Assembly: GCA_964618935.1 (NCBI GenBank)
Contig: CAZUDL010000002.1
Coordinates: 13,915 to 77,914 of the forward strand
Length of the DNA stretch: 64,000 nt
Source: an uncultured Actinomycetes bacterium
GTDB lineage: Bacteria; Chloroflexota; Dormibacteria; Aeolococcales; Aeolococcaceae
Reading direction: 5' to 3'
Positions within the stretch are counted from its first letter, which is position 1; the number at the start of each line of letters is the position of its first letter. Both the position numbers and the translations under genes were made by a program. Positions 1 to 9,097 of this stretch are shown here, in pieces. The notes below the pieces were generated by a model that searched no databases, was not told where the DNA came from, and saw nothing but the letters and a program-made list of their open reading frames with translations.

Positions 1-208
1 ATGCGGATCTCCCGCGTATCGTCGGCTGCCCTCTGGCTCGCCACGGCGGCCCGGCGTACCTCGTCACGGGCTTCGAACACCGACGGAGCCAGGCGCCGCA
101 GGGTTCTCTTGACCCCCCGCTTCAGCACGAGATCACCCTCCCCCCTCGCCGTCCCATGGGAAGGGGCCAGGTGCGGCACCGCGATGGACTGAGGTCCCTT
201 CCGTGGGA

Positions 209-646
209 TCAGCCCAGCTCGAGCCGCTCGATTCGCCCCTGGCGGCGGTCCACGGTGGCGCGCAGATGGTGGCTCAAGGTGACCGCCGGGAAGGGCACCA
301 GGGCGGGGCCCCAGACAACCTCGTCGTCGGCGACCTCCAACTCCACCTCGACCTGGTTGGAATCCTCCTCGGGCCAGTACGCGGTGGTGACGCAGCGGTC
401 GCCGGCGTCCTCCAGGGACGAGGCGGCCCGTCCGATCAGGTAATAGGTGTCGGGGTCGCTGCGGACGGCGTCGAGGGCGGCGGGATCGAGGTAGTCGAGA
501 CGGGGGTGCTGGGGCGAGTCGAGGCGCGAGAGATCTCCGAGCAGGCGGCTGACCAGTTCACCGACCCTGGTCGTCTCGGACGCCCGGACGGCCGCGTCCT
601 TGCTCCAGCCCTCCTCCCGAACGGGGGCCACGTGGATGAAGCTCAT
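209..646 (-). CDS. hypothetical protein (145 aa)
   Basis: Minus-strand ORF with protein-like, non-low-complexity composition. It fills the gap upstream of iscS. No recognised motif. Confidence 0.4.
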   Translation of the reverse strand: MSFIHVAPVREEGWSKDAAVRASETTRVGELVSRLLGDLSRLDSPQHPRLDYLDPAALDAVRSDPDTYYLIGRAASSLEDAGDRCVTTAYWPEEDSNQVEVELEVADDEVVWGPALVPFPAVTLSHHLRATVDRRQGRIERLELG

Positions 647-741
647 CTCTCTCCGTTCCGTGCCCGGCCTGCGCCCGCCCAGTCCAGGGGCGAAATCATG
701 CCAGGTTCGGGCGGCTCTCTGCTCCCTCCTACACTGGCCGG

Positions 742-1947
742 ATGGAGCCGATCTACCTCGATCACGCCGCCACGACCCCCCTCGACCCCGACGTGCGCGA
801 GGCGATGCTGCCCTGGCTGGGAGACGGATACGGCAACCCGTCGTCGGTCCACAGCCTGGGGCGGAGAGCCCGCGCCGCCGTCGACGAGGCTCGCGACCGC
901 GTCGCCGCCGCGGCCGGATGTGCCGCGCGGGAGGTCGTCTTCACCTCCGGCGGCACCGAGGCGGACAACCTGGCGCTGCGGGGCATCCTGGAGAGGTGGG
1001 GCCCCGAGCGCGGGCGCCACCTGGTGGTCAGCGCCGTCGAGCACGAGGCCGTCCTGGCCACGGCCCGGAGTCTCGCGACATCGTCGGCCGCCGCACTGAC
1101 CGTGGTCGGCTGCGACCGGCTGGGCCGGGTCGACCCCGCCGAGGTGGCGGCGGCGGTGCGGCCGGACACCGTTCTGGTCTCCGTGATGCTCGCCAACAAC
1201 GAGGTGGGAACCGTCGAACCCGTCGCCGAGATCGCCCACGCCGTGCGAGCCCGCAATCCCAAGACCCTGGTCCACACCGATGCGGTCCAGGCGCTCGGCC
1301 GGCTCCCGCTCGAACTGGCCGGGTTCGGCGTGGATCTCCTCAGCGTCAGCGCCCACAAGGCGTACGGACCGAAGGGGGTGGGAGCCCTGGTCGCTCGGCA
1401 GGGTGTCTTCCTGACGGCGCAGATCTCCGGCGGCGGGCAGGAGCGTGACCGGCGCAGTGGCACCGAGAACGTCGCATGTCTCGCCGGTTTCGGGGTGGCC
1501 GCGCAGCGGGCCCACGAGCGCCGGGATGCCGACGCCAGGCACGCGATCGATCTGGCTGGTCGGTTGACCAACCTACTTACGGGGCTGGTTCCTGGCATCC
1601 AGCCCACCGGAGACCCGGACCACCGCCTGCCGGGCCTGGCGAGCTTCGCCGTTCCCGGCTGCCGCAGTGACCTCCTGCTTGCGGTGCTGGACGAGATGGG
1701 GATCTGCGCATCGGCGGGGAGCGCCTGCTCCAGCGGGGCCCCGGTGGCCTCACATGTCCTCGGCGCCATGGGGTACGGCGACCTGGCGGGGTGCGCGCTG
1801 CGCCTCAGCGTGGGCCGCTCGACCACGGCGGCCGACGTCGCGGAGGCTGCTCGGCTGGTGGCCGCGGCGGTGTCACAGGTCCGTGGCGGAGGCTCCGACC
1901 ACGCTGCCGGGCGGGCTCGGGCGACCCCTTCCGTCGACCGGCTATAA
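742..1947 (+). CDS. iscS: cysteine desulfurase, IscS/NifS-type (class V aminotransferase)
   Basis: N-terminal 'YLDHAATTP' motif and the PLP-lysine motif 'SAHKAYGPKGVGAL'. About 400 aa, typical of group I desulfurases. Confidence 0.85.
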   Translation: MEPIYLDHAATTPLDPDVREAMLPWLGDGYGNPSSVHSLGRRARAAVDEARDRVAAAAGCAAREVVFTSGGTEADNLALRGILERWGPERGRHLVVSAVEHEAVLATARSLATSSAAALTVVGCDRLGRVDPAEVAAAVRPDTVLVSVMLANNEVGTVEPVAEIAHAVRARNPKTLVHTDAVQALGRLPLELAGFGVDLLSVSAHKAYGPKGVGALVARQGVFLTAQISGGGQERDRRSGTENVACLAGFGVAAQRAHERRDADARHAIDLAGRLTNLLTGLVPGIQPTGDPDHRLPGLASFAVPGCRSDLLLAVLDEMGICASAGSACSSGAPVASHVLGAMGYGDLAGCALRLSVGRSTTAADVAEAARLVAAAVSQVRGGGSDHAAGRARATPSVDRL

Positions 1948-1948
1948 T
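1943..1948 (+). promoter_or_regulatory. consensus -10 hexamer TATAAT overlapping the iscS stop, 7 nt upstream of the ATG at 1956 (candidate leaderless promoter)
   Basis: Exact TATAAT in a 70% GC background, positioned so that the transcription start would coincide with the ATG of the Rrf2 regulator gene. Confidence 0.3.
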
Positions 1949-1955
1949 CCTGACC

Positions 1956-2477
1956 ATGACGGTCGGGATTTCGCTCTCCGCCCCCTTCAGCATGCGGGTG
2001 AGCTCCAAGGCTCACTACGGCCTCCGGATGATGACCGAGTTCGCCAAGGCATACGGCGACGGCCCGGTGAGCCTCGCCGAGGTCTCCAAGAAGGAGCACC
2101 TCCCCCTCGCCTACCTCGAGCAGCTCGCGGCGCACCTGCGGCGGGGCGGCCTCGTCGAGTCGACGAGGGGGGTGCGCGGCGGCTACCAGCTGACCCGCAG
2201 TCCCGCGTCGATCTCGGTCCTCGACGTCGTCAGGGTGGTGGAGGGCGAGGTGGCTCCGGTGGAGTGCGTCGCCCACGACTACGTCCCCGGGACCTGCGTC
2301 CGCGAGGACGACTGCGCCTCCCAGTCCCTGTGGCTCCGGCTCAAGCAGTCCGTCGACGCCGTGCTCAGCCAGACCACCCTGGACGAGCTGGTCGCCAGCC
2401 ACACCCTGGCGGACACCTTCGCCCCGCCTCCTAGCCTCCAGCACGTCACGCGGCTTCGCGAGGTGGCCCATGTCTGA
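1956..2477 (+). CDS. Rrf2-family transcriptional regulator (IscR-like, likely Fe-S operon regulator)
   Basis: 'MRVSSKAHYGLRMMTEFA...' is an Rrf2 N-terminal helix-turn-helix. An alternative start is the ATG at 1992 (MRVSS). It sits between iscS and sufC. Confidence 0.8.
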   Translation: MTVGISLSAPFSMRVSSKAHYGLRMMTEFAKAYGDGPVSLAEVSKKEHLPLAYLEQLAAHLRRGGLVESTRGVRGGYQLTRSPASISVLDVVRVVEGEVAPVECVAHDYVPGTCVREDDCASQSLWLRLKQSVDAVLSQTTLDELVASHTLADTFAPPPSLQHVTRLREVAHV

Positions 2478-3246
2478 GAACGCCGAGCTCCGGGTCGACG
2501 GGCTCCACGTGGCCGTCGAGGGCAAGGAGATCCTCCACGGCGTGGATCTCCGGGTGCCCGTGGGGGAGGTGCACGCCCTCATGGGGCCCAACGGCTCCGG
2601 CAAGTCCACGCTCGCCTACACCCTGATGGGACACCCGAAGTACACCGTGACCGGAGGTGCCGCCAGCTTCGACGGGGAGGACCTCCTGGCCCTCACCCCC
2701 GACAAGCGGGCGAAGCTGGGCATCTTCCTCTCCTTCCAGTACCCCACCGCCATCCCCGGCGTGACCACCGTCAACTTCCTCCGCGCCTCGCTGCGCTCGC
2801 TGGGCCGGGAGCTCCCCGCCCGGGAGTTCATCCAGCGCCTCGGCGAGGAGATGGAGGCGCTGCGCATCGATCCGAGCTTCCGCTCCCGCTACATCAACGA
2901 CGGGTTCTCCGGCGGGGAGAAGAAGCGCGCCGAGATCCTCCAGCTGGCGATGCTCGAGCCCCGCCTGGCCATCCTCGACGAGACCGACTCGGGCCTGGAC
3001 GTGGACGCCCTGCGCACCGTCGCCGAGGGCGTCGGGCGGGTGATGCAGCGGAAGGAGCGCCGCATGGGCGTCCTCCTCATCACCCACTACTGCCGCATCC
3101 TCGACTACCTCACCCCTGACCGGGTGCACATCCTCCACCAGGGGCAGGTCATCCTGAGCGGTGGCCCGGAGCTGGCCCAGCAGGTCGAGCGCGACGGCTA
3201 CGACCCCTTCATCGGCGCGCTGAGCGCCGTGGCACAGGCGGGCTAG
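2470..3246 (+). CDS. sufC: Fe-S cluster assembly ATPase SufC
   Basis: Walker A 'GPNGSGKST'. ABC signature 'FSGGEKKR'. Walker B 'LAILDETDSGLD'. Confidence 0.9.
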   Translation: MSENAELRVDGLHVAVEGKEILHGVDLRVPVGEVHALMGPNGSGKSTLAYTLMGHPKYTVTGGAASFDGEDLLALTPDKRAKLGIFLSFQYPTAIPGVTTVNFLRASLRSLGRELPAREFIQRLGEEMEALRIDPSFRSRYINDGFSGGEKKRAEILQLAMLEPRLAILDETDSGLDVDALRTVAEGVGRVMQRKERRMGVLLITHYCRILDYLTPDRVHILHQGQVILSGGPELAQQVERDGYDPFIGALSAVAQAG

Positions 3247-3248
3247 GC

Positions 3249-5672
3249 ATGGCTCTCAAGGCTCACGAGCTGACCAAGGACTACAAGTACGGCTTCCACG
3301 ACGTCGACGTCTCCGTCTTCCGCACCGAGAAGGGGATCTCGCCGGAGGTGGTCGCCGCCATCTCCCAGCACAAGGACGAGCCGGCGTGGATGCTCAAGTT
3401 CCGCCTCAAGGCGCTCGAGCACTTCTTCAAGCGGCCGATACCCACCTGGGGGGCGGACCTCTCCGGCATCGACTTCGACAACATCTACTACTACGTCAAG
3501 CCCGTCGACGAGATGGGGCGGAGCTGGGACGAGGTCCCCGTCTCGATCCGGGAGACCTTCGATAAGCTGGGCATCCCCCAGGCGGAGCGGAACTTCCTGG
3601 CCGGGGTGTCGGCTCAGTACGACTCCGAGGTCGTCTACCACAACATCCGCGAGGACCTCGACAGGCTGGGTGTCATCTTCAGCGACTGCGACACCGGGCT
3701 GCGCGACCACGAGGACATCTTCAAGCGCTACTTCGGCACCATCATTCCGCCCAACGACAACAAGTTCGCCGCCCTCAACAGCGCGGTGTGGTCGGGCGGG
3801 TCGTTCGTCTACGTCCCCGCCGGGGTGCGCGTGGATGTCCCGCTGCAGGCCTATTTCCGCATCAACAGCGACAACATGGGACAGTTCGAGCGGACCCTGA
3901 TCATCGCCGGGGAAGGCTCCTACGTCCACTACATCGAGGGCTGCACCGCCCCCACCTACTCCAGCGACTCGCTGCACGCCGCGGTGGTGGAGATCATCGC
4001 AGAGCGCGGCGCCCACGTCCGCTACACCACGATCCAGAACTGGTCGGACAACGTCTACAACCTGGTGACCAAGCGGGCCGTCGCCAAGGAGGACGCCACC
4101 GTCGAGTGGATCGACGGGAATCTGGGCTGTCTTGCCGGCGGCACCAGGGTGTTCACCAACAACCAGGTGAAGACCATCGAGCAGATCTCCCCGGGTGACA
4201 TGGTCTACAGCCTGACCCCCGAGTTCGAGTGGACCCGCCAGAGGGTCGTCGCCACCCGCGAGAATCCGCCACGCCCCACCTGGCGGATGACCACCGTCGA
4301 CCACCGCGAGGTCGTCGCCACCGACAATCACCCCTTCCTGGTCCTGCGCAAGACGGGCCGGCTCCGGTCCGTCCAGTGGCTGCTGCTCGACGGCATTCAC
4401 GTCGGCGACGAGATCGCCATCTCCGGACTGATCCCGGACAGCGGACGCCCGTACGAGCTGCCGGTGATGGAGCGGGTCAAGCGGTCCCGCAACCCATTCC
4501 ACGCGCCCGGGGCGACGGAGCCGGATCTGATGTGGCTTCTGGGCTTCTATCTCGGGGATGGGCTGACCGAGCCGGCCCGCGCCATCTTCTGCGTGCCGGA
4601 GGAGGATCCCGCCGAGCCCCGCGTCCGAGAGGTCCTCGCGTCGCAGTTCGGTATCGACTCGACGACCCGGCACGGTGTCCAGTTGCGAGTCAATTCCGCC
4701 GGTCTCGTCCACTTCCTCGACGCCATCGGTTTCGGCGGCAACGCGCTCACCAAGCGGCTGCCCGAATGGGTCTACGCCATACCCTTCGACCAGAAGCGCG
4801 CCCTCGTCGATGGCTACATCGCTGCCGACGGCCACGTTCGCGACAATCACAAGAACGTCTCGCTGACGAGCGCGAACCGCGGGCTGCTCGAGGACATCAA
4901 GGCGCTGGCTCTCTCCTGCGGCCTCAACCCGCTCAAGATCTCCAAATGGTCGCGCCGGGAGCGCAAGCCGCTGGGGAGCGAGGAGAAGCTCTATGAGCAC
5001 TACTTCCTGTACTTCGGCGAGCGCCTGCCTGAGGCGCCGGTGTACTTCTCGGAGGTCATGAGGATCGAGGCGGGCGACGTCGTTCCCACCTTCGACATCG
5101 AGGTGGAGGGCACGGCCAACTTCATCGCCAACGGAGTGGTGGCGCACAACTCCAAGATCACCATGAAGTATCCGAGCATCTACCTGATGGGGGAGCGGGC
5201 CCACGGCGAGATCCTCTCCGCCGCCTTCGCCGGCAACGGCCAGCACCAGGATGCCGGCAGCAAGTGCATCCACGTCGCCCCCAACACCACCAGCAACGTG
5301 GTCAGCCGCTCCATCTCCAAGGGCACCGGGCGCACCTCCTATCGCGGCCACATCAAGGTGCTGGCCAAGGCGACCAACGTGAAGGCCAACGTCCGCTGCG
5401 ACGCGTTGCTCCTCGACGAGGAGTCGCGGAGCGACACCTACCCTTACATGGATATTGACAACCCTGACGTGAACTTTGGGCACGAGGCGACGGTGTCGAA
5501 GGTGGGCGAGGAGCAGATCTTCTACCTGCAGTCGCGCGGCATCGACGAGCAGGAGGCGACCGCCCTCATCGTCAACGGCTTCTTCGAGCCCTTCGTCAAG
5601 GAGCTGCCGATGGAGTACGCCGTCGAGCTCAACCGGCTCCTGGCGCTCTCCATGGAGGGATCCATCGGGTGA
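3249..5672 (+). CDS. sufB: Fe-S cluster assembly protein SufB, intein-containing precursor (807 aa)
   Basis: N-terminal and C-terminal parts match SufB ('TIQNWSDNVYNLVTKRA', 'KYPSIYLMGERAHGEILSAAFAGNGQHQDAGSKCIHVAPNTTS', 'SYRGHIKV'). A 341-aa insert interrupts the conserved region. Confidence 0.9.
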   Translation: MALKAHELTKDYKYGFHDVDVSVFRTEKGISPEVVAAISQHKDEPAWMLKFRLKALEHFFKRPIPTWGADLSGIDFDNIYYYVKPVDEMGRSWDEVPVSIRETFDKLGIPQAERNFLAGVSAQYDSEVVYHNIREDLDRLGVIFSDCDTGLRDHEDIFKRYFGTIIPPNDNKFAALNSAVWSGGSFVYVPAGVRVDVPLQAYFRINSDNMGQFERTLIIAGEGSYVHYIEGCTAPTYSSDSLHAAVVEIIAERGAHVRYTTIQNWSDNVYNLVTKRAVAKEDATVEWIDGNLGCLAGGTRVFTNNQVKTIEQISPGDMVYSLTPEFEWTRQRVVATRENPPRPTWRMTTVDHREVVATDNHPFLVLRKTGRLRSVQWLLLDGIHVGDEIAISGLIPDSGRPYELPVMERVKRSRNPFHAPGATEPDLMWLLGFYLGDGLTEPARAIFCVPEEDPAEPRVREVLASQFGIDSTTRHGVQLRVNSAGLVHFLDAIGFGGNALTKRLPEWVYAIPFDQKRALVDGYIAADGHVRDNHKNVSLTSANRGLLEDIKALALSCGLNPLKISKWSRRERKPLGSEEKLYEHYFLYFGERLPEAPVYFSEVMRIEAGDVVPTFDIEVEGTANFIANGVVAHNSKITMKYPSIYLMGERAHGEILSAAFAGNGQHQDAGSKCIHVAPNTTSNVVSRSISKGTGRTSYRGHIKVLAKATNVKANVRCDALLLDEESRSDTYPYMDIDNPDVNFGHEATVSKVGEEQIFYLQSRGIDEQEATALIVNGFFEPFVKELPMEYAVELNRLLALSMEGSIG
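4128..5150 (+). mobile_element. SufB intein with LAGLIDADG homing endonuclease domain (341 aa, Cys1 ... His-Asn, +1 Ser)
   Basis: The insert begins 'CLAGGTRVF' (block A, Cys1) and ends 'GVVAHN' followed by Ser (block G). Internal LAGLIDADG motifs are 'LLGFYLGDGL' and 'LVDGYIAADGHV'. Flanking exteins are contiguous with SufB ('..DGNLG | SKITMKYPS'). Confidence 0.8.
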
Positions 5673-5688
5673 CCTGGGGGCCGCACCG

Positions 5689-7026
5689 ATGACCGAGGCC
5701 ACCGCCACCACCGCCGCCGCCAGCCGCGAGACGCTGGACGCCCGCCTGGCCCGCAGCCCCGGCTGGCTGGCCGACCGCCGCAGTGCCGCGTGGGAGAGCT
5801 TTACGGCCCTGCCCCTGCCGTCGTCCACACGCGACGAGGACTGGCGGCGCACCGACATCGCGGCGTTGCACCTGGACCGGTTCGGTCCCCCCGGGCCGGC
5901 GGGTGCCGACCTGGTGGCCCTGGCGCGCCGGCGCCACGCCGAGGCGCTGCCGGGGGCGGCCCTGGTCCTCAGCGGCGCCGACGGGTCGATGTCGATGGAG
6001 AATGCGGAGTCGCTGCTCGCCCAGGGCGTGATCATCTCCTCCCTGGACGACGCGGCCACCCGCCACCCCGAGCTGGTGCAGCGGGGGCTGGCGGCCATCG
6101 GGATCGGCGAGTCCTACTTCACCGCCCTCTGGAACGCCCTCTGGTGCGGCGGCGTCTTCGTCTACGTCCCCCGGGGGGTGGAGGCGATGGCCCCGCTGTG
6201 GATCAGCCACCTGGCGGCGGACGAGGGGGCGGCCGCCTTCCCGGCCACCATCGTGGTGGTCGATGACCACGCCTCGCTCACCCTCGTCGAGGACCTCGTC
6301 GCCGTGCGCGACTCCGGCCCCAGCCTGAGCGTCGCCATCACCGCCCTCAACCTGGCGACCGAGGCCCGGGTGGACGACATCCCGGTCCAGCAGCTGTCAG
6401 CCGAGGCCTGGCACTTCGCGACCCGCCGGGCCAGCTGCGACCGCCTTGCCCACTACCGCCTCTTCGGCGCCACCCTCGGGGCCCGCACCCAGAAGGCGTA
6501 CTGGGACGTCCTGCTGGACGGGGACGGTGCCGAGGCGGACATCTTCGGCGTTTGCCTCGCTGGCGCCGACCAGCACATCGACCACCAGTCGCTCCAACTC
6601 CACCGCGGCCGCGACACGCGGAGCAACCTCCTGCTCAAGGTGGCCGCCAGGGACCGCGCCCACAGCGTCTACAGCGGGCTGATCGACGTCCTGCCCTCGG
6701 CGGTTCACGCCGACGGCTACGTGGCCAACCGCAACCTGCTGCTCAGCCACGGCGCCGGCGCCAGCGGAGTGCCCCGCCTGGAGATCAAGGCGAACGACGT
6801 CCGCTGCGGGCATGGCACCACCGTCGGCCACGTCGACGACGAGGAGCGCTTCTACCTGATGGCCCGCGGCGTCCCCGCCGACGAGGCCGAGCGGCTGATC
6901 GTGCGCGGCTTCTTCGTCGACGTCCTCGACCGGGTCCCGGTCGAGACGGCGAGGGACTGGCTCATCGAGCTGATGAACGCCGAGATCGCGCAGGGGGCGA
7001 GCCGGCCCGTCGAGGCGCCGGCATGA
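5689..7026 (+). CDS. sufD: Fe-S cluster assembly protein SufD
   Basis: SufD-like beta-helix protein ('GVFVYVPRGVEAMAPLWISHL', 'RCGHGTTVGHVDDEERFYLMARGV'). The ATG at 5689 follows the sufB stop. Confidence 0.85.
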   Translation: MTEATATTAAASRETLDARLARSPGWLADRRSAAWESFTALPLPSSTRDEDWRRTDIAALHLDRFGPPGPAGADLVALARRRHAEALPGAALVLSGADGSMSMENAESLLAQGVIISSLDDAATRHPELVQRGLAAIGIGESYFTALWNALWCGGVFVYVPRGVEAMAPLWISHLAADEGAAAFPATIVVVDDHASLTLVEDLVAVRDSGPSLSVAITALNLATEARVDDIPVQQLSAEAWHFATRRASCDRLAHYRLFGATLGARTQKAYWDVLLDGDGAEADIFGVCLAGADQHIDHQSLQLHRGRDTRSNLLLKVAARDRAHSVYSGLIDVLPSAVHADGYVANRNLLLSHGAGASGVPRLEIKANDVRCGHGTTVGHVDDEERFYLMARGVPADEAERLIVRGFFVDVLDRVPVETARDWLIELMNAEIAQGASRPVEAPA

Positions 7027-7349
7027 TCGTCCGCGACTGGGTCGAGGTGGGGCGGATCGAGGACCTCCCCCCCGGAGAGGCCCTGCGAGCGGTGATCGGC
7101 GATGTGCCGGTGGCCGTCTTCAACGTCCTCGGCACGCTGCACTGCGTCGACGACACCTGCACCCACGAGCTGGCGTCGCTGAGCGACGGCGACATCGACA
7201 TCGAGCGCGGCACCGTCGAGTGCCCCCTGCACGGCTCCGCCTTCGACCTGCGGACCGGCGACGCCGTCAGCCTGCCGGCGGTGGAACCCGTGCGCGTCCA
7301 TCATGTGGAGGTCGCGGATGGGATGATCCGCGTCTGCCTTGGCGAATGA
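7023..7349 (+). CDS. Rieske [2Fe-2S] domain protein (ferredoxin-like)
   Basis: Rieske ligand boxes 'CTHELASL' and 'CPLHGSAF'. Overlaps the sufD stop (ATGA). Confidence 0.75.
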   Translation: MIVRDWVEVGRIEDLPPGEALRAVIGDVPVAVFNVLGTLHCVDDTCTHELASLSDGDIDIERGTVECPLHGSAFDLRTGDAVSLPAVEPVRVHHVEVADGMIRVCLGE

Positions 7350-8610
7350 ACCGGCCGTGACCACCCTCACCCACCCCCTCTCGGAGTCGGCGCTGGACGT
7401 CCAGCGCATCCGGGCCGACTTCCCGATCCTGGCGCGGGAGGTCAACGGAAGGCCCCTGGTCTACCTCGACTCGGCGGCGACGTCGCAGAAGCCGGTCCAG
7501 GTCATGGAGGCGGTGGACGGCTACTACGGCCGGAGCAACGCCAATGTCCACCGGGGGGTGCACCAGCTGGCCAGCGAGGCGACCGACGTCTTCGAGCAGT
7601 CGCGGGAGAGGGTGGCGCGCTTCATCGACGCCGACCCGGCGGGGCTCGTCTTCGTGCGGAACACCACCGAGGCGCTGAACCTGGTGGCGAGCTCGTACGC
7701 GCGGGAGCTCCTCTCCCCCGGCGATCGCCTGGTGCTGAGCGTCACCGAGCACCACAGCAACCTGGTGCCGTGGCAGCTCGCGGCCCAGCGGTCCGGTCTG
7801 CAACTGGCCTTCATCGGCCTGGGCGACGACGGCCGCCTCGACCTCTCCAATCTCGACGAGCTGCTCGCCCCGCCCACCCGTCTGATCAGCCTCACCCAGC
7901 AGTCGAACGTCCTGGGCACCGTGAACGACATCGCCTCGATCACTCGGGAGGCCCACGCTCGGGGCGCCCTGGTCTGCGTCGACGCCGCCCAGTCGGTCCC
8001 CCACATGCGGGTCTCCGTGCGAGAGCTGGGGGTCGACTTCCTCGCCTTCTCGGGCCACAAGATGTGCGGGCCCATGGGGATCGGCGTTCTCTGGGCCCGG
8101 CCCGAGCTGCTGGAGCGCATGCCCCCCTACCAGGGGGGTGGGGGGATGATCTTCAAGGTCGACCTTGAGAGCTCGTCATGGGACGAGGTCCCCCATAAGT
8201 TCGAGGCGGGGACCCCCGACGTTGCCTCGGCCGCCGGCCTCGCGGCCGCCTGCGACTACCTGGACGCGGTGGGCATGGAGAGCATCCAGGCCCACGAACG
8301 GGCCTTGGTCGGGCACATGCTCGACGTCCTCGACGAGTCGGGCGCCACCGTCTACGGGCCGCGCGACCTGGCCATCCACGGCGGCGCCGTCAGCTTCAAC
8401 GTCGCCGACGTCCATCCCCACGACACCGGCACCATCCTCGACCGCCAGGGCATCGCCGTCCGGGCGGGGCACCACTGCTGCCAGCCGCTGATGCGGCGTC
8501 TGGGCGTGGCCGCCACGACGCGCGCCTCCGTGTACCTCTACACGACCCACGAGGAGATCGACCAGCTCGGCGAGGGGCTGGCCGAGGTCCGCCGGGTCTT
8601 CAGGGTCTGA
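7339..8610 (+). CDS. sufS: cysteine desulfurase SufS (class II)
   Basis: 'FSGHKMCGPMGIGVLW' PLP-lysine motif and 'RAGHHCCQPLM' active-site Cys loop. TTG start at 7339 overlaps the Rieske gene end. Confidence 0.9.
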   Translation: MANEPAVTTLTHPLSESALDVQRIRADFPILAREVNGRPLVYLDSAATSQKPVQVMEAVDGYYGRSNANVHRGVHQLASEATDVFEQSRERVARFIDADPAGLVFVRNTTEALNLVASSYARELLSPGDRLVLSVTEHHSNLVPWQLAAQRSGLQLAFIGLGDDGRLDLSNLDELLAPPTRLISLTQQSNVLGTVNDIASITREAHARGALVCVDAAQSVPHMRVSVRELGVDFLAFSGHKMCGPMGIGVLWARPELLERMPPYQGGGGMIFKVDLESSSWDEVPHKFEAGTPDVASAAGLAAACDYLDAVGMESIQAHERALVGHMLDVLDESGATVYGPRDLAIHGGAVSFNVADVHPHDTGTILDRQGIAVRAGHHCCQPLMRRLGVAATTRASVYLYTTHEEIDQLGEGLAEVRRVFRV

Positions 8611-8644
8611 GGGACCGGTCGGTGAGGCTGGGTACAATTCTGAG

Positions 8645-9097
8645 ATGACAGTCGGGTTTACGCCGGTCGACGACGACCTCTACCGGGAGATCATCCTCGA
8701 CCACTATCGCAACCCCCGCCGCCGCGGCGAGGTGCAGCCGGCGGACGGCGCCCTCGAGGCGGACAACCCGCTGTGCGGCGATGAGATCCACCTGACCTGG
8801 CGCCTCGACGGCGAGGGGCGGGCGGAGGTCGCCTTCACCGGCAGGGGCTGCTCTATCAGCCAGGCCGCGGCGAGCATGCTCTGCGAGGGCTGCAATGGGA
8901 GGAGCCGCGAGGAGGCGGTCAGCCTTGCCCGCCGCTACCGGGAGATGCTGGTGGCGGACGGCGACGCCGGCGAGCTCGGCGATCTCGAGGCTCTCCAGGG
9001 GGTGCGGGCGTACCCCGTCCGCGTCAAGTGCGCGACCCTCGCCTGCAACGCGATCCTCCGCGCCCTGGACACAGCGAGAGAAGGAGACGCCGCATGA
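8645..9097 (+). CDS. sufU: SufU/NifU-like Fe-S scaffold / sulfur-transfer protein
   Basis: Three conserved Cys ('NPLCGDEI', 'GRGCSISQA', 'VKCATLA'). Immediately after sufS. Confidence 0.8.
   Translation: MTVGFTPVDDDLYREIILDHYRNPRRRGEVQPADGALEADNPLCGDEIHLTWRLDGEGRAEVAFTGRGCSISQAAASMLCEGCNGRSREEAVSLARRYREMLVADGDAGELGDLEALQGVRAYPVRVKCATLACNAILRALDTAREGDAA

Noticed and set aside
1-443. Two short + strand ORFs at the window start (1..192, 156..443)
   Set aside because: Arg/Ser-rich, no motifs, and they overlap the more plausible minus-strand gene 209..646.
762-2609. 615-aa minus-strand ORF antisense to iscS and rrf2
   Set aside because: Arg/Pro/Gly/Ala/Ser-rich low-complexity translation typical of open antisense frames in 70% GC DNA. 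The sense strand encodes well-conserved IscS and Rrf2.
3243-6098. 951-aa minus-strand ORF antisense to sufB
   Set aside because: Same high-GC antisense artefact. The + strand encodes SufB with all its motifs plus the intein.
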